64,000 nucleotides of DNA from Deltaproteobacteria bacterium (GTDB taxonomy: Bacteria; Myxococcota_A; UBA9160; SMWR01), in contig JAQBGU010000084.1 of assembly GCA_032128375.1 (NCBI GenBank), forward strand, positions 32,001 through 96,000. The letters run 5' to 3'. This document shows, one piece after another, positions 1 to 9,700 of this stretch. The translations under genes were made by a program, and so were the position numbers. Below the pieces are notes generated by a model. It ran no database searches, had not been told where the DNA came from, and saw only the letters and a program-made list of their open reading frames with translations. The number at the start of each line of letters is the position of its first letter. The first letter of the stretch is position 1.

Positions 1-66
1 CGCCGCAACGCCTTCGAGCGCCAGTAGCGCGGTCAGGAAATAGAGCACAAAGATCATCAGTTGCAT
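1..66 (-). CDS. 5' end of probable TadB (type II secretion F-family) pilus membrane protein, runs off the window edge
   Basis: ATG at 66 preceded by GGAGG; reads MQLMIFVLYFLTALLALEGVAA (hydrophobic N-terminus); directly downstream of cpaE, the usual tadB position. Identity is inferred from position only. Confidence 0.55.
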   Translation of the reverse strand, partial: MQLMIFVLYFLTALLALEGVAA

Positions 67-118
67 GAGACCTCCCAAGCGACCCGAGTCGCTGATGAAC
101 CGGTAAGAGCGCGGATCC

Positions 119-1285
119 TCATTTTCCCATCAGGCGGCCCATGATTCCGCGACTCGCGTCGTCGTTCTTGGGGGGCCGCTGACCGCACCACTCATAGCTG
201 TGTCTAGCGAGGCCACTCATCGCCTTCGTTACCGGTGCTCGAGGCGCCATGTCGCGTAGCGTTCGACCCTCGTTCACGCACGCCGAGGCGCGTGCGTAGT
301 CGTTCGGAATGCTGATATCGACGGACCGCCCCAAGAACTCCCGGGCCGCTCGTTCAGAAACCAACGCCGATCGATCGATCCGGTTGACGACGACGCGAAT
401 GCTCTCGGGCCGGTGCCCGAGCCGCTCGAGCAGGTCCAGCTGCATTCGGGCGTGGTTCATCGCGGGTACATCGGGCGTCGTCACCAGCACGATCGGGTCC
501 GCGTTGTTGAGGATGTGCATGCTGCGTTCGTCCAAATCCTGCGGCGTGTCCCAGATTACCCAATCGAATTCGCGCTGAAGCAAGCTCAGTACGCCTGCCA
601 CGCAGTCGACTGTGATCGCCTCTGCCTCCTCCGGATGCTTCGGCGTCGCCAAGACCTGCAAACCGCTTTCGTGACGAGCCAACACCGAGTGCAGGTACGT
701 CGGGTCGATGTCTTCGCCGGGATTTGCGAGGCTTGCGAACGTGTATTTCGGAGCCAGATCCAAATACAGCGCAACATCGCCGAGTCGCAGCTGTCCATCG
801 ACCAGGACCGGTTTCGAACCCATCTGGGCGAGCGACGCGCCGAGCTGACACGCGACGAAGCTGGCGCCGACACCACCCTTGGCGCCGGTCACTGCGATCA
901 GGGGTGCCTTCTTGCTTCGAGTCGAACCCAACTGTTCACGAGCGATGCGCTCGACGGCGGCCAACAGTTCGAGCTTTTCGTCGGGTCCCGGAGCCACGTA
1001 CTCGCAGGCACCCAGGCGCATCGACTGCAGGATCAAATGGCTGTCGTCGGGCCCGAAGCAGAAGACCAGCGGACGGGGTGCTTGGAGCCGCTCGAGTGCC
1101 TTGAAGACAGACTGTGGATTCTCGAACAAGGAGACGAGCAGCGCGTCTGGTCGCTTGTTTGCGACCACGTCCGCGATCTCGGTGGCATTTTCAATATGTG
1201 CGAGTACCTCGATCCGGCCGTTGGCCTCGAACACCTGGCCGAGCTCCGGGGACGGGCCCGCAATGACGAATGAGAGTCGATCCAT
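119..1285 (-). CDS. cpaE: Tad pilus assembly protein CpaE/TadZ (receiver-like domain + MinD-like ATPase)
   Basis: N-terminal receiver-like region, deviant Walker A GAKGGVGAS, GDVALYLDL, VVVNR, SIPND; Tad context. Confidence 0.88.
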   Translation of the reverse strand: MDRLSFVIAGPSPELGQVFEANGRIEVLAHIENATEIADVVANKRPDALLVSLFENPQSVFKALERLQAPRPLVFCFGPDDSHLILQSMRLGACEYVAPGPDEKLELLAAVERIAREQLGSTRSKKAPLIAVTGAKGGVGASFVACQLGASLAQMGSKPVLVDGQLRLGDVALYLDLAPKYTFASLANPGEDIDPTYLHSVLARHESGLQVLATPKHPEEAEAITVDCVAGVLSLLQREFDWVIWDTPQDLDERSMHILNNADPIVLVTTPDVPAMNHARMQLDLLERLGHRPESIRVVVNRIDRSALVSERAAREFLGRSVDISIPNDYARASACVNEGRTLRDMAPRAPVTKAMSGLARHSYEWCGQRPPKNDDASRGIMGRLMGK

Positions 1286-1296
1286 GACTTCTCCAG

Positions 1297-2460
1297 TTAG
1301 TTGACGATTACGGGAAATTCCGACGAGATGCCGCCGAACAGGCCTCCGCCCGGTTTCATGCCCGCATTGTCACAGCGCGGGTCGCTCGAGCACACGAACG
1401 AACCCTTGATGATCTTGTCGGGTGTGACGATGACTTCCTGAATGTCGAAACAGACGAAGCCGACGACGTTCTGTGGGTCGCCACTCGCGCACCCGTCACC
1501 CGGGTTCTGGCATTCGATGACCGGCAACTTGACGACCCAAGAATCCATTGTGCCGTCGCCATTGGTGTCGATCCCGGCTCGATCGCTCGAGAAGTTCCCC
1601 TCGCCGTGGAAGCGATCGTAGATGTCGCTCACGAGCGGTGTTTTCGTTCCGTTGTCGACGTAGATTGGACCGGAGATGTCGTACTCGTTTCCGTCCGCGA
1701 TGATCTCGGTCATATCCTTCGTGTTGATCGACGGCGACTTCCCGTCGAACTGTGTCCAGCACGCGTTCTGTTCCGGACTCGAGCCGAACTCGAAACACGT
1801 TACGATGTCGCCGTTCGCCAGCGGGCAGGGATTCGGCGTGGTGTTCTGGATCGTGTCGCAATAATTTTGCGTGCACGATGCACCTGGCGTCGCGCCGGAG
1901 ATCTTGCAGCAATCGATGGCAATCGGCAGGTCGACCGCTCCTGGCCCCGCGCCGCCCGCCTGGCCCCAGTATGCGACCGACTCGGCGACAACAGAAAACT
2001 CGTTGTAGCCGATCGCACGGCCGAAGTTGGCGGGGATCACGCCATTGTTGTTCGCGTCGCGACGCGCCCGCACCCGCACCGCACGAACCAGATCCGGATC
2101 GACGCTACCGGGCATCGGCGTGAAGCTGTCGGTCGAAAAGTCCCAGCTGCCAACTGCGACGTCAGACGCGGCGATGTTGATCGCCGCGCCGAGCGCCACG
2201 TGCTGAGGCCCGTAGACGAGGGCTTCGGCGCGTGCAGCCGCCTCATCGACTGCCGTGAAGTCGGCGTTGAACAGGTTCCCGACTCCGGCCAGTGACGACG
2301 AATCGGCTACAGCCTGCAGCTGGTTCTTCGCCTGCCAGACGCGGCCGGTCTCGGTCGCCCAGGCGGCGAGGCCCAGGAAGGCGCCCAGTCCGATCGTGAC
2401 GAAGACCAGTACCGTTCCCCGTTCGTTCCTGAGCCTGATTTGGCTGTGTCTGCGATTCAT
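1297..2460 (-). CDS. tadG: TadG-like minor pilin/adhesin
   Basis: ERG-TVLVFVTIGL prepilin-like N-terminus, 'QLQAVADSSSLAG' Tad_N-type motif, Cys-rich C-terminal domain. Confidence 0.78.
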   Translation of the reverse strand: MNRRHSQIRLRNERGTVLVFVTIGLGAFLGLAAWATETGRVWQAKNQLQAVADSSSLAGVGNLFNADFTAVDEAAARAEALVYGPQHVALGAAINIAASDVAVGSWDFSTDSFTPMPGSVDPDLVRAVRVRARRDANNNGVIPANFGRAIGYNEFSVVAESVAYWGQAGGAGPGAVDLPIAIDCCKISGATPGASCTQNYCDTIQNTTPNPCPLANGDIVTCFEFGSSPEQNACWTQFDGKSPSINTKDMTEIIADGNEYDISGPIYVDNGTKTPLVSDIYDRFHGEGNFSSDRAGIDTNGDGTMDSWVVKLPVIECQNPGDGCASGDPQNVVGFVCFDIQEVIVTPDKIIKGSFVCSSDPRCDNAGMKPGGGLFGGISSEFPVIVN

Positions 2461-2522
2461 TTTCGGATCTCCGAGGTGGTGCGCTGTGGGGGCCTGCTAT
2501 GGGCCCGCCGACTTCTACCCAA

Positions 2523-3341
2523 TCAGAACGTCTTGACTTCGACCGCCGAGCCACTGACGAGTTCCACCGAGGCCTGCGCGATCGGCGCGTGGCTCTGATT
2601 CGCTACGCGCTTCGACTTCTGCCGGACCTCGCCCAGTACGTCGGCCACACCGATGCTGGTGGTCGGTACATCGAGTCTGTCGCCAGGCGAACGGAGTGCC
2701 AGCTGAAGTCGTCCTTCGTGCGCGGCGTAGACCAGGTGCTCGGCCTGCTTCGGGTCGACTTCCAGCGTGACGACGTTTACGAGTTCGGGATCACCACTCT
2801 TGATTTCCTCGAGCTTCTGATCGACCGCGAGTACGCGGACGTCTTGCAGAATGACCTTCGAGTACGGAAGCGCACGCTCGAGATCGACGCGTCGGATGGT
2901 CGCGAGTACATCGACTCTCGAGCCCGGCGATACGAAGCCGGCCACACCGATGACGTTGTCGACCTTGACCGATACGGCCCTCTTTTCGGGAGAGATCACG
3001 GCTCGCAAGCCTCCCGATGCACCGACATCGAAAAGCGCGATATCGACCACCGGCTCGCCGGCTCCGATCGGTCTACGGACTACGCGGCCCACAGCCTGGT
3101 CGATCGTTCGCAGGGCGCCCGCAGGAATGTGGTCTGCCGGCCATTCGACCGTCTCGAGCTGTGCGGCGCTCAGCGTGGAAGCAACCGCCAGGTTGGTGCG
3201 CACCACCACCAGGCTAACCACCTCGGCGCTAGCAGTGCTCTCCGTTACCGGGCTTGCGGCCATCTGGGTAGAAATTCTGGCTGCAGCGATACCCATCACG
3301 AGGGCGAGCCCCAAAAAGATCAATCCGCGTCGATTCTTCAT
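2523..3341 (-). CDS. cpaB: Flp pilus assembly protein CpaB/RcpC (SAF domain)
   Basis: SAF-like segment; 'KRAVSVKVDNVIGVAGFVSPGSRVDVL', 'LQDVRVLAVDQ', 'VTLEVDP', 'LQLALRS'. Confidence 0.93.
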   Translation of the reverse strand: MKNRRGLIFLGLALVMGIAAARISTQMAASPVTESTASAEVVSLVVVRTNLAVASTLSAAQLETVEWPADHIPAGALRTIDQAVGRVVRRPIGAGEPVVDIALFDVGASGGLRAVISPEKRAVSVKVDNVIGVAGFVSPGSRVDVLATIRRVDLERALPYSKVILQDVRVLAVDQKLEEIKSGDPELVNVVTLEVDPKQAEHLVYAAHEGRLQLALRSPGDRLDVPTTSIGVADVLGEVRQKSKRVANQSHAPIAQASVELVSGSAVEVKTF

Positions 3342-3371
3342 CGTGTGACTCCTTCGATCTGGTTCGTGAAA

Positions 3372-3803
3372 TTACTCATTGCGCATGACGCTTCGGGCGC
3401 TGAGGCCGGTGGTCGGCGCGAGGCCGGCCAACGCCGCGAGCGCGAGATAGCTGTGCGGTGCAGTCGCCTGGACGGTCAGCGGTGTGCCCGTACCGCCGCA
3501 CGCACCGGTGACGGTGGTCGTGATCGTCCCGCTGTCGAGACCGGAACTCGCCGCAAAATTGGCGAGCGTCGTCTCGATCTCGGTCTGGACCGCACCGGCA
3601 TTACAGGCCGCCCTGAACACGACACCCGTGCGGGCCCCTTCGCGGGTCGCGTTGGTCAGACTGTTCCAGCGTGTGTAAGCGACACCAAAGTCGCCGATTG
3701 CGAACACGACCGTGAGCAGCAGCGGGAGGACGATGGCCATCTCGACGACCGAAGTTCCCCGCTCGCGCCGGACGCGATGGGCGTTTTCGAATTCTTCTAC
3801 CAT
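3372..3803 (-). CDS. tadE: TadE-family pseudopilin
   Basis: 'ERGTSVVEMAIVLPLLL' and 'ATREGARTG' TadE motifs. Confidence 0.92.
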   Translation of the reverse strand: MVEEFENAHRVRRERGTSVVEMAIVLPLLLTVVFAIGDFGVAYTRWNSLTNATREGARTGVVFRAACNAGAVQTEIETTLANFAASSGLDSGTITTTVTGACGGTGTPLTVQATAPHSYLALAALAGLAPTTGLSARSVMRNE

Positions 3804-4441
3804 GGGAAACCTCCGTAGAACTGGACTGCGAGCCCGACCGCCAACGCAGCGGCAAACGGAATACCACCAGCCGCATGCGAACCCGCAACAGGCGGCTCAT
3901 AGACGTTGCGCCGTAGCGTCAACATGCCCATCGCGATCCGGCCCCAACGTTTCGCGAAGCCAAGCAGTTCGCCATTGAGCGCGAGCGAGGTGATGCCGAA
4001 CGTGGCGGCGGCGATCATCGCCCAGGCGGTCGCGCCCAGGATGGTGGCTGCCCCTACCCAGGCGCCCAGCGCCATCAGCGCCTTTACATCACCTGCGCCG
4101 ACGCCACCCAGTGCGTACGGACCGATCAGCAAAGCGAATCCCAATGCCGCACCGATCAGGGTGTCGGTCATGCCGGCGCTTGCGCCAATCCAGGGGGCCG
4201 CGATCAGCGCGCAGATGAAGGCCGGCATGGTAAGGAGGTTCGGAACGCGGTGGGAGCGGACGTCGCTGGCCACCGCAAAGAACAGAAAGGCCGCTGCCCA
4301 TACGAATACGGGCAGCGGCGTCGAACTAGCAAGCCCCGAGCCGACCACACCCAATCCGAGCGCGAAGGCCACGGTCCACGCAACGGGCGCGGAACGTACT
4401 TCCGTAGTCGGACTGGTGATGGAAACGGTGTCGGTACTCAT
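3797..4441 (-). CDS. cpaA: A24 prepilin peptidase CpaA/TadV
   Basis: 'SDVRSHRVPNLLT', 'GAGDVKALMALG', 'IPFAAALAVG'; start taken at ATG 4441 after GAGGA (alternative 4456). Confidence 0.9.
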   Translation of the reverse strand: MSTDTVSITSPTTEVRSAPVAWTVAFALGLGVVGSGLASSTPLPVFVWAAAFLFFAVASDVRSHRVPNLLTMPAFICALIAAPWIGASAGMTDTLIGAALGFALLIGPYALGGVGAGDVKALMALGAWVGAATILGATAWAMIAAATFGITSLALNGELLGFAKRWGRIAMGMLTLRRNVYEPPVAGSHAAGGIPFAAALAVGLAVQFYGGFPW

Positions 4442-4514
4442 TAGTTCCTCTGGCATTTCTTATTTGAATGGCTACTTGAATCTGATTCTTGATCGTTGCT
4501 GTGGGTCCTGTGAC

Positions 4515-4688
4515 CTACGGGATGTTGCTGGTCTCGCCGTCGAGGGCCGTGACGCCGCGGAGCACGTCGGCGCCGATCGTTACGAAGAACGCAGCACTGC
4601 CTGCCACGATGATCCCGCCAACGATGGCCCATTCCACTGTCTCGAGGCCGCTCTCGTCTTTCATGAAGCGCTTGATTGAATCGAACAT
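4515..4688 (-). CDS. flp: Flp type IVb major pilin, 57 aa
   Basis: MFDSIKRFMKDESG|LETVEWAIVGGIIV: F-x-x-D-E-x-G leader, Glu+5, hydrophobic helix; AGGAG RBS upstream of ATG 4688. Confidence 0.9.
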   Translation of the reverse strand: MFDSIKRFMKDESGLETVEWAIVGGIIVAGSAAFFVTIGADVLRGVTALDGETSNIP

Positions 4689-4739
4689 GGTTGTTTCTCC
4701 TGATGGTCGGTTGAGTGTCACTGTGTGTGTGGTTGTGAT

Positions 4740-4755
4740 TGCAAGCTGCGGACCA
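4740..4755 (-). promoter_or_regulatory. sigma-54 (-24/-12) promoter for the flp operon
   Basis: Minus strand TGGTCCGCAGCTTGCA = GG-N10-GC with TTGCA -12 box, about 50 nt upstream of the flp ATG. Confidence 0.75.
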
Positions 4756-5296
4756 ACTCGTTCGCTGTGCGCAACTGGCGCTGACAGAGGCCCGGAAACA
4801 CGGTCGCAAAAAAAATCGCATACGACAGTTGGGGCCAGCTGGCATACAGGAGAGGTAGGCGGAGTAAGCGGCATATCAGGAAAGCAATCACTCCTGATAC
4901 ACCGTGGTGTGAAAGAAGCTGCGGTGCCAGTTGCGATAAGCGAATCGCTGAAAGACGCTCAGCTGCGTTGTCACCCAAAAACCTGAGCAGACGAGCCCCG
5001 AAGTCTCGATTCGAAACCAATCAACCAGAAGCGAAGCAGACGCCCGGGTCGAAGAACTTCCAGAGGAGCAGACAACGGTTTCCGCGCTCTTTTCGAACCC
5101 GCTAAGAAAACAGCAGTCCAGCCGCATTTGAATCAACCCAGATTCGAAAACACTGGAGAATGCTGAAGGGCTAGCCGGGCAGCCGTTCCGTTTTGTGTTC
5201 CTGTGTTCGTTCGCGGCCCGAAAAATTCGCAGTTTCGATCAAGGTGAGACGGCCGAACTCCGAAGCTAGAGCGTGAGACGAACCCTGGGGGGGAGA

Positions 5297-6835
5297 ATGT
5301 CCATCAAGTCAAGTGTTTCTGTTGTGACCGCGTCGGTTCGGACGAGTCAGCTTCGCGGCCGCGTGCGGTCGGCAAGGCTCACAGCGGGCATAGCAGGCGT
5401 TGTCATCATGTTCGGGGTTGTTGCGGACGCTCAGCTGGTTCACGCCGGGGAACTCGCGGCAACACAGGGGATTATCAGCCTCAGTTCGGCGCGCTCCGAC
5501 ACGGAGATGCAATACAGTCTTGCGCTCGAGAGCGGCAAGTCCGCATCGATCAAGACCGATTTCACGGTCAAACGGGTTTCGGTCGGTAACCCATTTGTGG
5601 TCGAAGTGGTCGTACTCGGGGGGCGTGAGATCCAGTTGGTCTCCAAGGGGGTCGGATCGACCAATCTGTTGATCTGGGACTCGAACGGCCGGCCGCAGGC
5701 CGTGATCGGTATCGAAGTCGGAACCGCCTATACGGCCGTCGAGCGGGCACTCCGCCACGCCTTCGCCAACGAGTCGATCGAGGTCTCGAACGCGGGAAAC
5801 GCCGTTGTGTTGAAGGGTTCGGTACCCAGCACCGTCGAACTCGAGCAGGCCCTGACACTCGCTCGAGCACTGGTCGGTGACGGTAAAGACGCTCCGGAGG
5901 TTGTGAACCTGCTGAATGTCGGCGGTAACCACCAGGTCATGCTGAAGGTGGTCGTGGCTGAGATGTCTCGAACGATCAACCGGGAGTTCGGCACCAACTT
6001 TGCGGCGCTGATCGAGACCGGTGTCGGGCAGGTCGGTACCGCGTTCAACGGGGGAGCCACCAGCACCGCTGCGGTGGCATCGAATGTGGCTAGGCTGTTC
6101 GGCTCGTTCACGGGGCTCGGCGCTCTCGAGTTGTTGGAATTCACACTCGACGCGCTCGAAGAGAACGGCCTCAGCAAGGTCCTCGCGAGACCGACGTTGG
6201 TCGCGCGGAGTGGCGAGACAGCCAACTTCCTGGTCGGCGGCGAAGTTCCCATCACGGTCACGCAGGGCGGCTTCAACTCCAACAACACCGTTGAATTCAA
6301 GCCCTTCGGCGTCGCCCTCAGCTTCACGCCCACCGTCTTGAGGCCAGGCCGAATCCACTTGAAGGTGAATCCCGAAGTGAGTCGAATCGATGAGACACTC
6401 AGGAATCGGATGACTGAGGTGCCGGGCTTCCGTACGAGGCGAGCGGCGACCAGCGTCGAATTGGCCGACGGGCAGAGCTTCATGATTGCAGGTCTGCTGG
6501 ACGACCAGGTCACAGAGCTCGCCGGCGTTCATCCGCTGCTCGGCAACATTCCGATCCTCGGAGCGCTGTTTCGCAGCACGAAGTTCCAAAGAGACGAGAC
6601 CGAACTGGTCATCATCATCACGCCGGTTCTGGTCGATCCGATGGGGCCTGGCCAGTACGCGCTGCCAACCGACAGCTTCATCGCGCCCAATGCGTGGGAG
6701 TTTTTCCTGCTCCGTGCGATGGAGGGAAATCCACGGCGCAGCGCGCGCCTGAAGGGCGACAGCTTGGAGGCGCACGGAATGATCGGGCAAACCGGCCCTC
6801 GCGTGTCCACATCTTTCGATGGAGAGAACCTATGA
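5297..6835 (+). CDS. cpaC: Tad secretin CpaC/RcpA
   Basis: T2SS-T3SS_pil_N-like region 'GSTNLLIWD', 'QVMLKVVVAEMSR', 'SGETANFLVGGEVPI', 'LGNIPILGALFRSTKFQRDETELVIIITP'. Confidence 0.94.
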   Translation: MSIKSSVSVVTASVRTSQLRGRVRSARLTAGIAGVVIMFGVVADAQLVHAGELAATQGIISLSSARSDTEMQYSLALESGKSASIKTDFTVKRVSVGNPFVVEVVVLGGREIQLVSKGVGSTNLLIWDSNGRPQAVIGIEVGTAYTAVERALRHAFANESIEVSNAGNAVVLKGSVPSTVELEQALTLARALVGDGKDAPEVVNLLNVGGNHQVMLKVVVAEMSRTINREFGTNFAALIETGVGQVGTAFNGGATSTAAVASNVARLFGSFTGLGALELLEFTLDALEENGLSKVLARPTLVARSGETANFLVGGEVPITVTQGGFNSNNTVEFKPFGVALSFTPTVLRPGRIHLKVNPEVSRIDETLRNRMTEVPGFRTRRAATSVELADGQSFMIAGLLDDQVTELAGVHPLLGNIPILGALFRSTKFQRDETELVIIITPVLVDPMGPGQYALPTDSFIAPNAWEFFLLRAMEGNPRRSARLKGDSLEAHGMIGQTGPRVSTSFDGENL

Positions 6836-7140
6836 GATTCGTGCAACTTTGCGGAGTGTCATCGCTAACAGTCGTCGTGTGGCTGAGCACGCTGGTAGGC
6901 TGCAGCAGCTACTACTGGCCATTCCCGACGCAGCAATCGCAAGTCGATGATGGCTGGGGAGACGCGTACGAAAGCAATCTGGCGAAAATGACCGCCAACC
7001 CGGACGCCGGCCAGGTCGGTGAACCGATCGCACTCGACCCGAATACGGGTGATCTGGTCGGACAACGTTATTACGAATCCCAAAAATCGAACGCGAGCGA
7101 TTCGGCTCTGCCGTCGCTCATCATCGACGCGGGAAATTAG
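6832..7140 (+). CDS. Small Tad-associated lipoprotein (pilotin/CpaD-like)
   Basis: ATGA overlap with the secretin stop; lipobox LVGC; 'WGDAYESNLAKMTANPDA' resembles small lipoproteins that follow Tad secretins. Confidence 0.7.
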   Translation: MRFVQLCGVSSLTVVVWLSTLVGCSSYYWPFPTQQSQVDDGWGDAYESNLAKMTANPDAGQVGEPIALDPNTGDLVGQRYYESQKSNASDSALPSLIIDAGN

Positions 7141-7200
7141 CGACAGACCGGCGCGCGGTCACATCGTTTCACAACACACGAACCACATACGGATGGTCTC

Positions 7201-8568
7201 ATGGCACTGCTGGACCGACTCAAGCGCTCTCCATCATCTACGACTGCGGAGGATTCCGCTGTAGCGGTGTCTTCCTCGCCCGCCGCTGAGGAGGTGACAC
7301 CTGGGCACGACGCTCGATACCAGGAACTCAAATCGCGGGTTCACAATCGTCTCTTCGACGTGATCGATTTCGCTCGCATCTCAACCGTCAGTGACGAGCG
7401 GATCCGCGAAGACATCGCGCTCGCGACCGTTCAGATCGTGGAAGACGAGAAGTTCCTGCTGACGCTCAAAGAACGCGAGGTCTTCATCCGCGAGATCCAG
7501 GACGAAGTGTTCGGCCTCGGGCCGCTCGAGCCTCTACTGCAGGATCCGACGATCGCAGACATCCTCGTCAACGGTCATCGCAACATCTATGTAGAGCGAC
7601 ACGGCAAGATCGAAAGGACCGTGGCCCGCTTTCGCGACGATGCACATCTGATGCGTATCATCGAGAAGATCGTCTCAGCGGTCGGTCGCCGGGTCGACGA
7701 GAGTTCGCCTCTGGTCGACGCGCGTCTCGCGGACGGTTCGCGCGTCAACGTAATCGTTCCACCGTTGGCACTCGATGGGCCGACGATGTCGATTCGCCGG
7801 TTCGGCACGGACCCGCTCGGAATCTCCGACCTGATCGAGGTCGGAGCGGTCACGGGAAAAGTGGCTGAGCTGTTGGAAGGCATCGTCAAGTGTCGCCTGA
7901 ACGTTCTGATTTCCGGCGGAACCGGCGCTGGCAAGACCACGCTGCTCAACGCGATCTCGGGCTTCATTTCCGAAAATGAGCGGATCGTGACGATCGAGGA
8001 TTCGGCCGAACTCCAGCTCAAACAGCGACACGTCGTCCGGCTCGAGACGCGCCCGGCGAACATCGAGGGCAAGGGACAGATCACCCAGCGCGATCTGGTG
8101 ATCAACAGTCTTCGGATGAGGCCGGATCGCATCGTCGTTGGCGAGGTCCGCAGCTCCGAAGCATTGGACATGTTGCAGGCGATGAACACCGGGCATGACG
8201 GGTCGCTGACGACGATCCACGCGAATACGCCGCGCGACGCGTTGACCCGCATCGAGACGATGGTGGCGATGGCCGGCGTCGATGTACCCCAGCGCGCCGT
8301 CCGCAACCAGATCGCGGCGGCGATCCATGTCGTGATCCAGCTTTCCCGCTTGAGTGATGGACGACGCAAGCTCGTGAGCTTGCAGGAGATCACCGGCATG
8401 GAAGGCGAAATCGTCACGATGCAGGAGATCTTCGAGTTCCGACGCGAAGGAATCGACGAGAATGGCAAGGTGATCGGTGAATTGCTGCCTACCGGGATCC
8501 GACCCAAGTTCGGCGCCCAGCTCGAAATCGCAGGGTTCAAGCTATCCGATGGGATCTTCGAGCCCTAG
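7201..8568 (+). CDS. cpaF: Tad pilus assembly ATPase CpaF/TadA
   Basis: Walker [48 protein letters not shown]. Confidence 0.96.
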   Translation: MALLDRLKRSPSSTTAEDSAVAVSSSPAAEEVTPGHDARYQELKSRVHNRLFDVIDFARISTVSDERIREDIALATVQIVEDEKFLLTLKEREVFIREIQDEVFGLGPLEPLLQDPTIADILVNGHRNIYVERHGKIERTVARFRDDAHLMRIIEKIVSAVGRRVDESSPLVDARLADGSRVNVIVPPLALDGPTMSIRRFGTDPLGISDLIEVGAVTGKVAELLEGIVKCRLNVLISGGTGAGKTTLLNAISGFISENERIVTIEDSAELQLKQRHVVRLETRPANIEGKGQITQRDLVINSLRMRPDRIVVGEVRSSEALDMLQAMNTGHDGSLTTIHANTPRDALTRIETMVAMAGVDVPQRAVRNQIAAAIHVVIQLSRLSDGRRKLVSLQEITGMEGEIVTMQEIFEFRREGIDENGKVIGELLPTGIRPKFGAQLEIAGFKLSDGIFEP

Positions 8569-8617
8569 GTCGATCGCAGCATGGGCCCGTTTGCGCCGCT
8601 CAGTCCTGGAGGGGACG

Positions 8618-9592
8618 ATGATCATGATTGATCGGGTATTTGCGAGGGTTCGAGCGTTGGCGCACGCGATGCTGGCTTTCGCGATCGCGGGGTCGCTTTC
8701 GGGTTGCGCGATGTTTTCGGGTGGGGATCAAGCGGCGAAGTCGCTGAGCGAACATCGCGAATACATGGCAGAACTCGCGGCTGCAGAGATCGCCCTGTCC
8801 GAAGACGAGGAGCCCAAAACGTTCGACGAGACGATTGAGGCTGCTCGTAAATTTCATCGCGCCGGCAATTCGAGCAGTGCGATGCGCCTGTACTACGAGG
8901 CTTTTCGGCTCGAGCCCGACAACCCCAGCGCTCAAGCGGGCATTGCGTTTCTGCAGCTCGCCGAGCAACCCGCGCGCGCGGAACGGGTGCTCGCCAAGGT
9001 CGCGGTCGCCGATCCGGAATCGGCGATGGCTCAGCTGGGACTCGGGCTTGCGCGATACGCGCAGGGAGACCCAGCCGGTGCGCTCGCGCCGCTCGAACGA
9101 GCGATCGCGCTGTGCCCCGATTCTGCCGACGCGCACGATTCGCTTGCGGTGGTTCTCGTAGACCTGGAACGCTTCGACGAGGCGATCGGCCATGCGCTGC
9201 GCGCGCGAGAACTCGATCCCGAAGATGCCAAGATCGCGAACAATCTCGGGATCGCGTACCTGATGAGTGGCGACATGGTCAGAGCCGAATCGGCCGCACG
9301 TGACGCGATCGCACTCAATCCCGACGATGCCGCCTATCACAACAACCTGGGAATCGCGCTCGGCCGCCAGGGCCGCTACGACGAGGCTCTGCGAGAATTC
9401 CGCTCAGTGGGCAGCATCCAGGCTGCGCAAAACAACATCGCTTACCTCTATTTCGTGGGTGGGCGATACGACGAGGCGATCGGTCACTACGAGATGGCAT
9501 TGCTCGCGGAAGGCGATGACACGCCTGCGGTTCTGCGCAACCTGAACACCGCCCTGAACGCCCGTTCAGAGCTCGTTTCTACCGACCGGTAG
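8618..9592 (+). CDS. tadD: TPR lipoprotein, TadD-like
   Basis: GGAGG RBS, lipobox LSGC, tandem TPR repeats (NNLGIAY, HNNLGIAL, AQNNIAY). Confidence 0.8.
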   Translation: MIMIDRVFARVRALAHAMLAFAIAGSLSGCAMFSGGDQAAKSLSEHREYMAELAAAEIALSEDEEPKTFDETIEAARKFHRAGNSSSAMRLYYEAFRLEPDNPSAQAGIAFLQLAEQPARAERVLAKVAVADPESAMAQLGLGLARYAQGDPAGALAPLERAIALCPDSADAHDSLAVVLVDLERFDEAIGHALRARELDPEDAKIANNLGIAYLMSGDMVRAESAARDAIALNPDDAAYHNNLGIALGRQGRYDEALREFRSVGSIQAAQNNIAYLYFVGGRYDEAIGHYEMALLAEGDDTPAVLRNLNTALNARSELVSTDR

Positions 9593-9700
9593 ACGCGGAT
9601 CCATCCCACTTTCGGCCACCGGTCTGCTTCCAGCAGCACGACCCAAGATGGGTCGGGCGACGACGTGCAAGCTTCCGCCGCGCAGGGGCGAACGCGCAAC

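Noticed and set aside
5309..6790. Long antisense ORFs (e.g. 5309-6790, 2499-3818, 32819-34099, 29697-30989)
   Set aside because: These are shadow or alternate frames over well-supported genes, expected in GC-rich DNA, and show no motifs.
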